This document shows, piece by piece, positions 25,819 to 25,902 of a stretch of DNA of 25,902 nt. A model generated the notes under the pieces. That model ran no database searches, was not told the DNA's origin, and was given only the letters and a program-made list of their open reading frames with translations. How positions within the stretch are numbered: the first letter of the stretch is position 1; the number at the start of each line of letters is the position of its first letter. The DNA lies in the IMG/VR virus record IMGVR_UViG_3300048631_000255, positions 1 through 25,902 of that record; one strand, 5' to 3'. The stretch is from a virus. Lineage: Duplodnaviria; Caudoviricetes. A program made the translations under genes and the position numbers.

Positions 25819-25902
25819 TTACTCTCCTATAAGTTTAGCTAATGCATATTTGTCATTTTGAAAGCAATGAAAAGAAGTAGAGGTAAACATGATTGCTCCT
25901 GG
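25819..25902 (-). CDS. C-terminal 27 aa of a thymidylate synthase / pyrimidine hydroxymethylase-like protein (truncated by window edge)
   Basis: PGAIMFTSTSFHCFQNDKYALAKLIGE*; matches the terminal PG..h....S[LF]Hx[YF]..D motif of the TS fold. Only 27 residues are visible. Confidence 0.55.
   Translation of the reverse strand, partial: PGAIMFTSTSFHCFQNDKYALAKLIGE

Larger units (their letters stand above)
1..25902. mobile_element. Segment of a tailed dsDNA bacteriophage genome (podovirus-like)
   Basis: Portal, scaffold, capsid, adaptor, nozzle, ejection-type and fibre genes on +; SNF2, VRR-NUC and dCMP deaminase on -; dense overlapping ORFs; no host housekeeping genes, integrase or tape measure in the window. 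Confidence 0.97.

Noticed and set aside
1-25902. CRISPR array, tRNA, rRNA, integrase/att site
   Set aside because: No regularly spaced repeats or cloverleaf seen; intergenic gaps are short and otherwise explained; judged by eye only

Overview
A 25.9-kb piece of a tailed dsDNA phage genome with a podovirus-type gene set, AT-rich, resembling uncultured aquatic phages. A u-spanin-like gene suggests a Gram-negative host. The + strand (1-21023) is the late region: a polyvalent-type internal protein, head-tail adaptor, tail proteins, candidate ejection proteins, portal-scaffold-major capsid, a short fibre and a polyglycine adhesin. It continues with a flavin-dependent halogenase, two 2OG-Fe(II) oxygenases and a lysis/membrane cassette with several tiny ORFs but no visible endolysin. 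The - strand (21091-25902) is the end of a DNA-metabolism operon: thymidylate-synthase-like C-terminus, asparagine-synthetase-like amidotransferase, dCMP deaminase, VRR-NUC nuclease, an inserted Cys/His protein with its own promoter, and an SNF2 helicase. Three candidates for new biology stand out. (1) A TS-like + AsnB-like + deaminase cluster may make a modified DNA base. (2) A small hairpin RNA with its own promoter at the strand junction has a loop complementary to the ribosome-binding sites of opposite-strand genes. (3) Halogenase/hydroxylase genes are embedded in the adhesin module. All family calls come from motifs recognised by eye; no searches were run.
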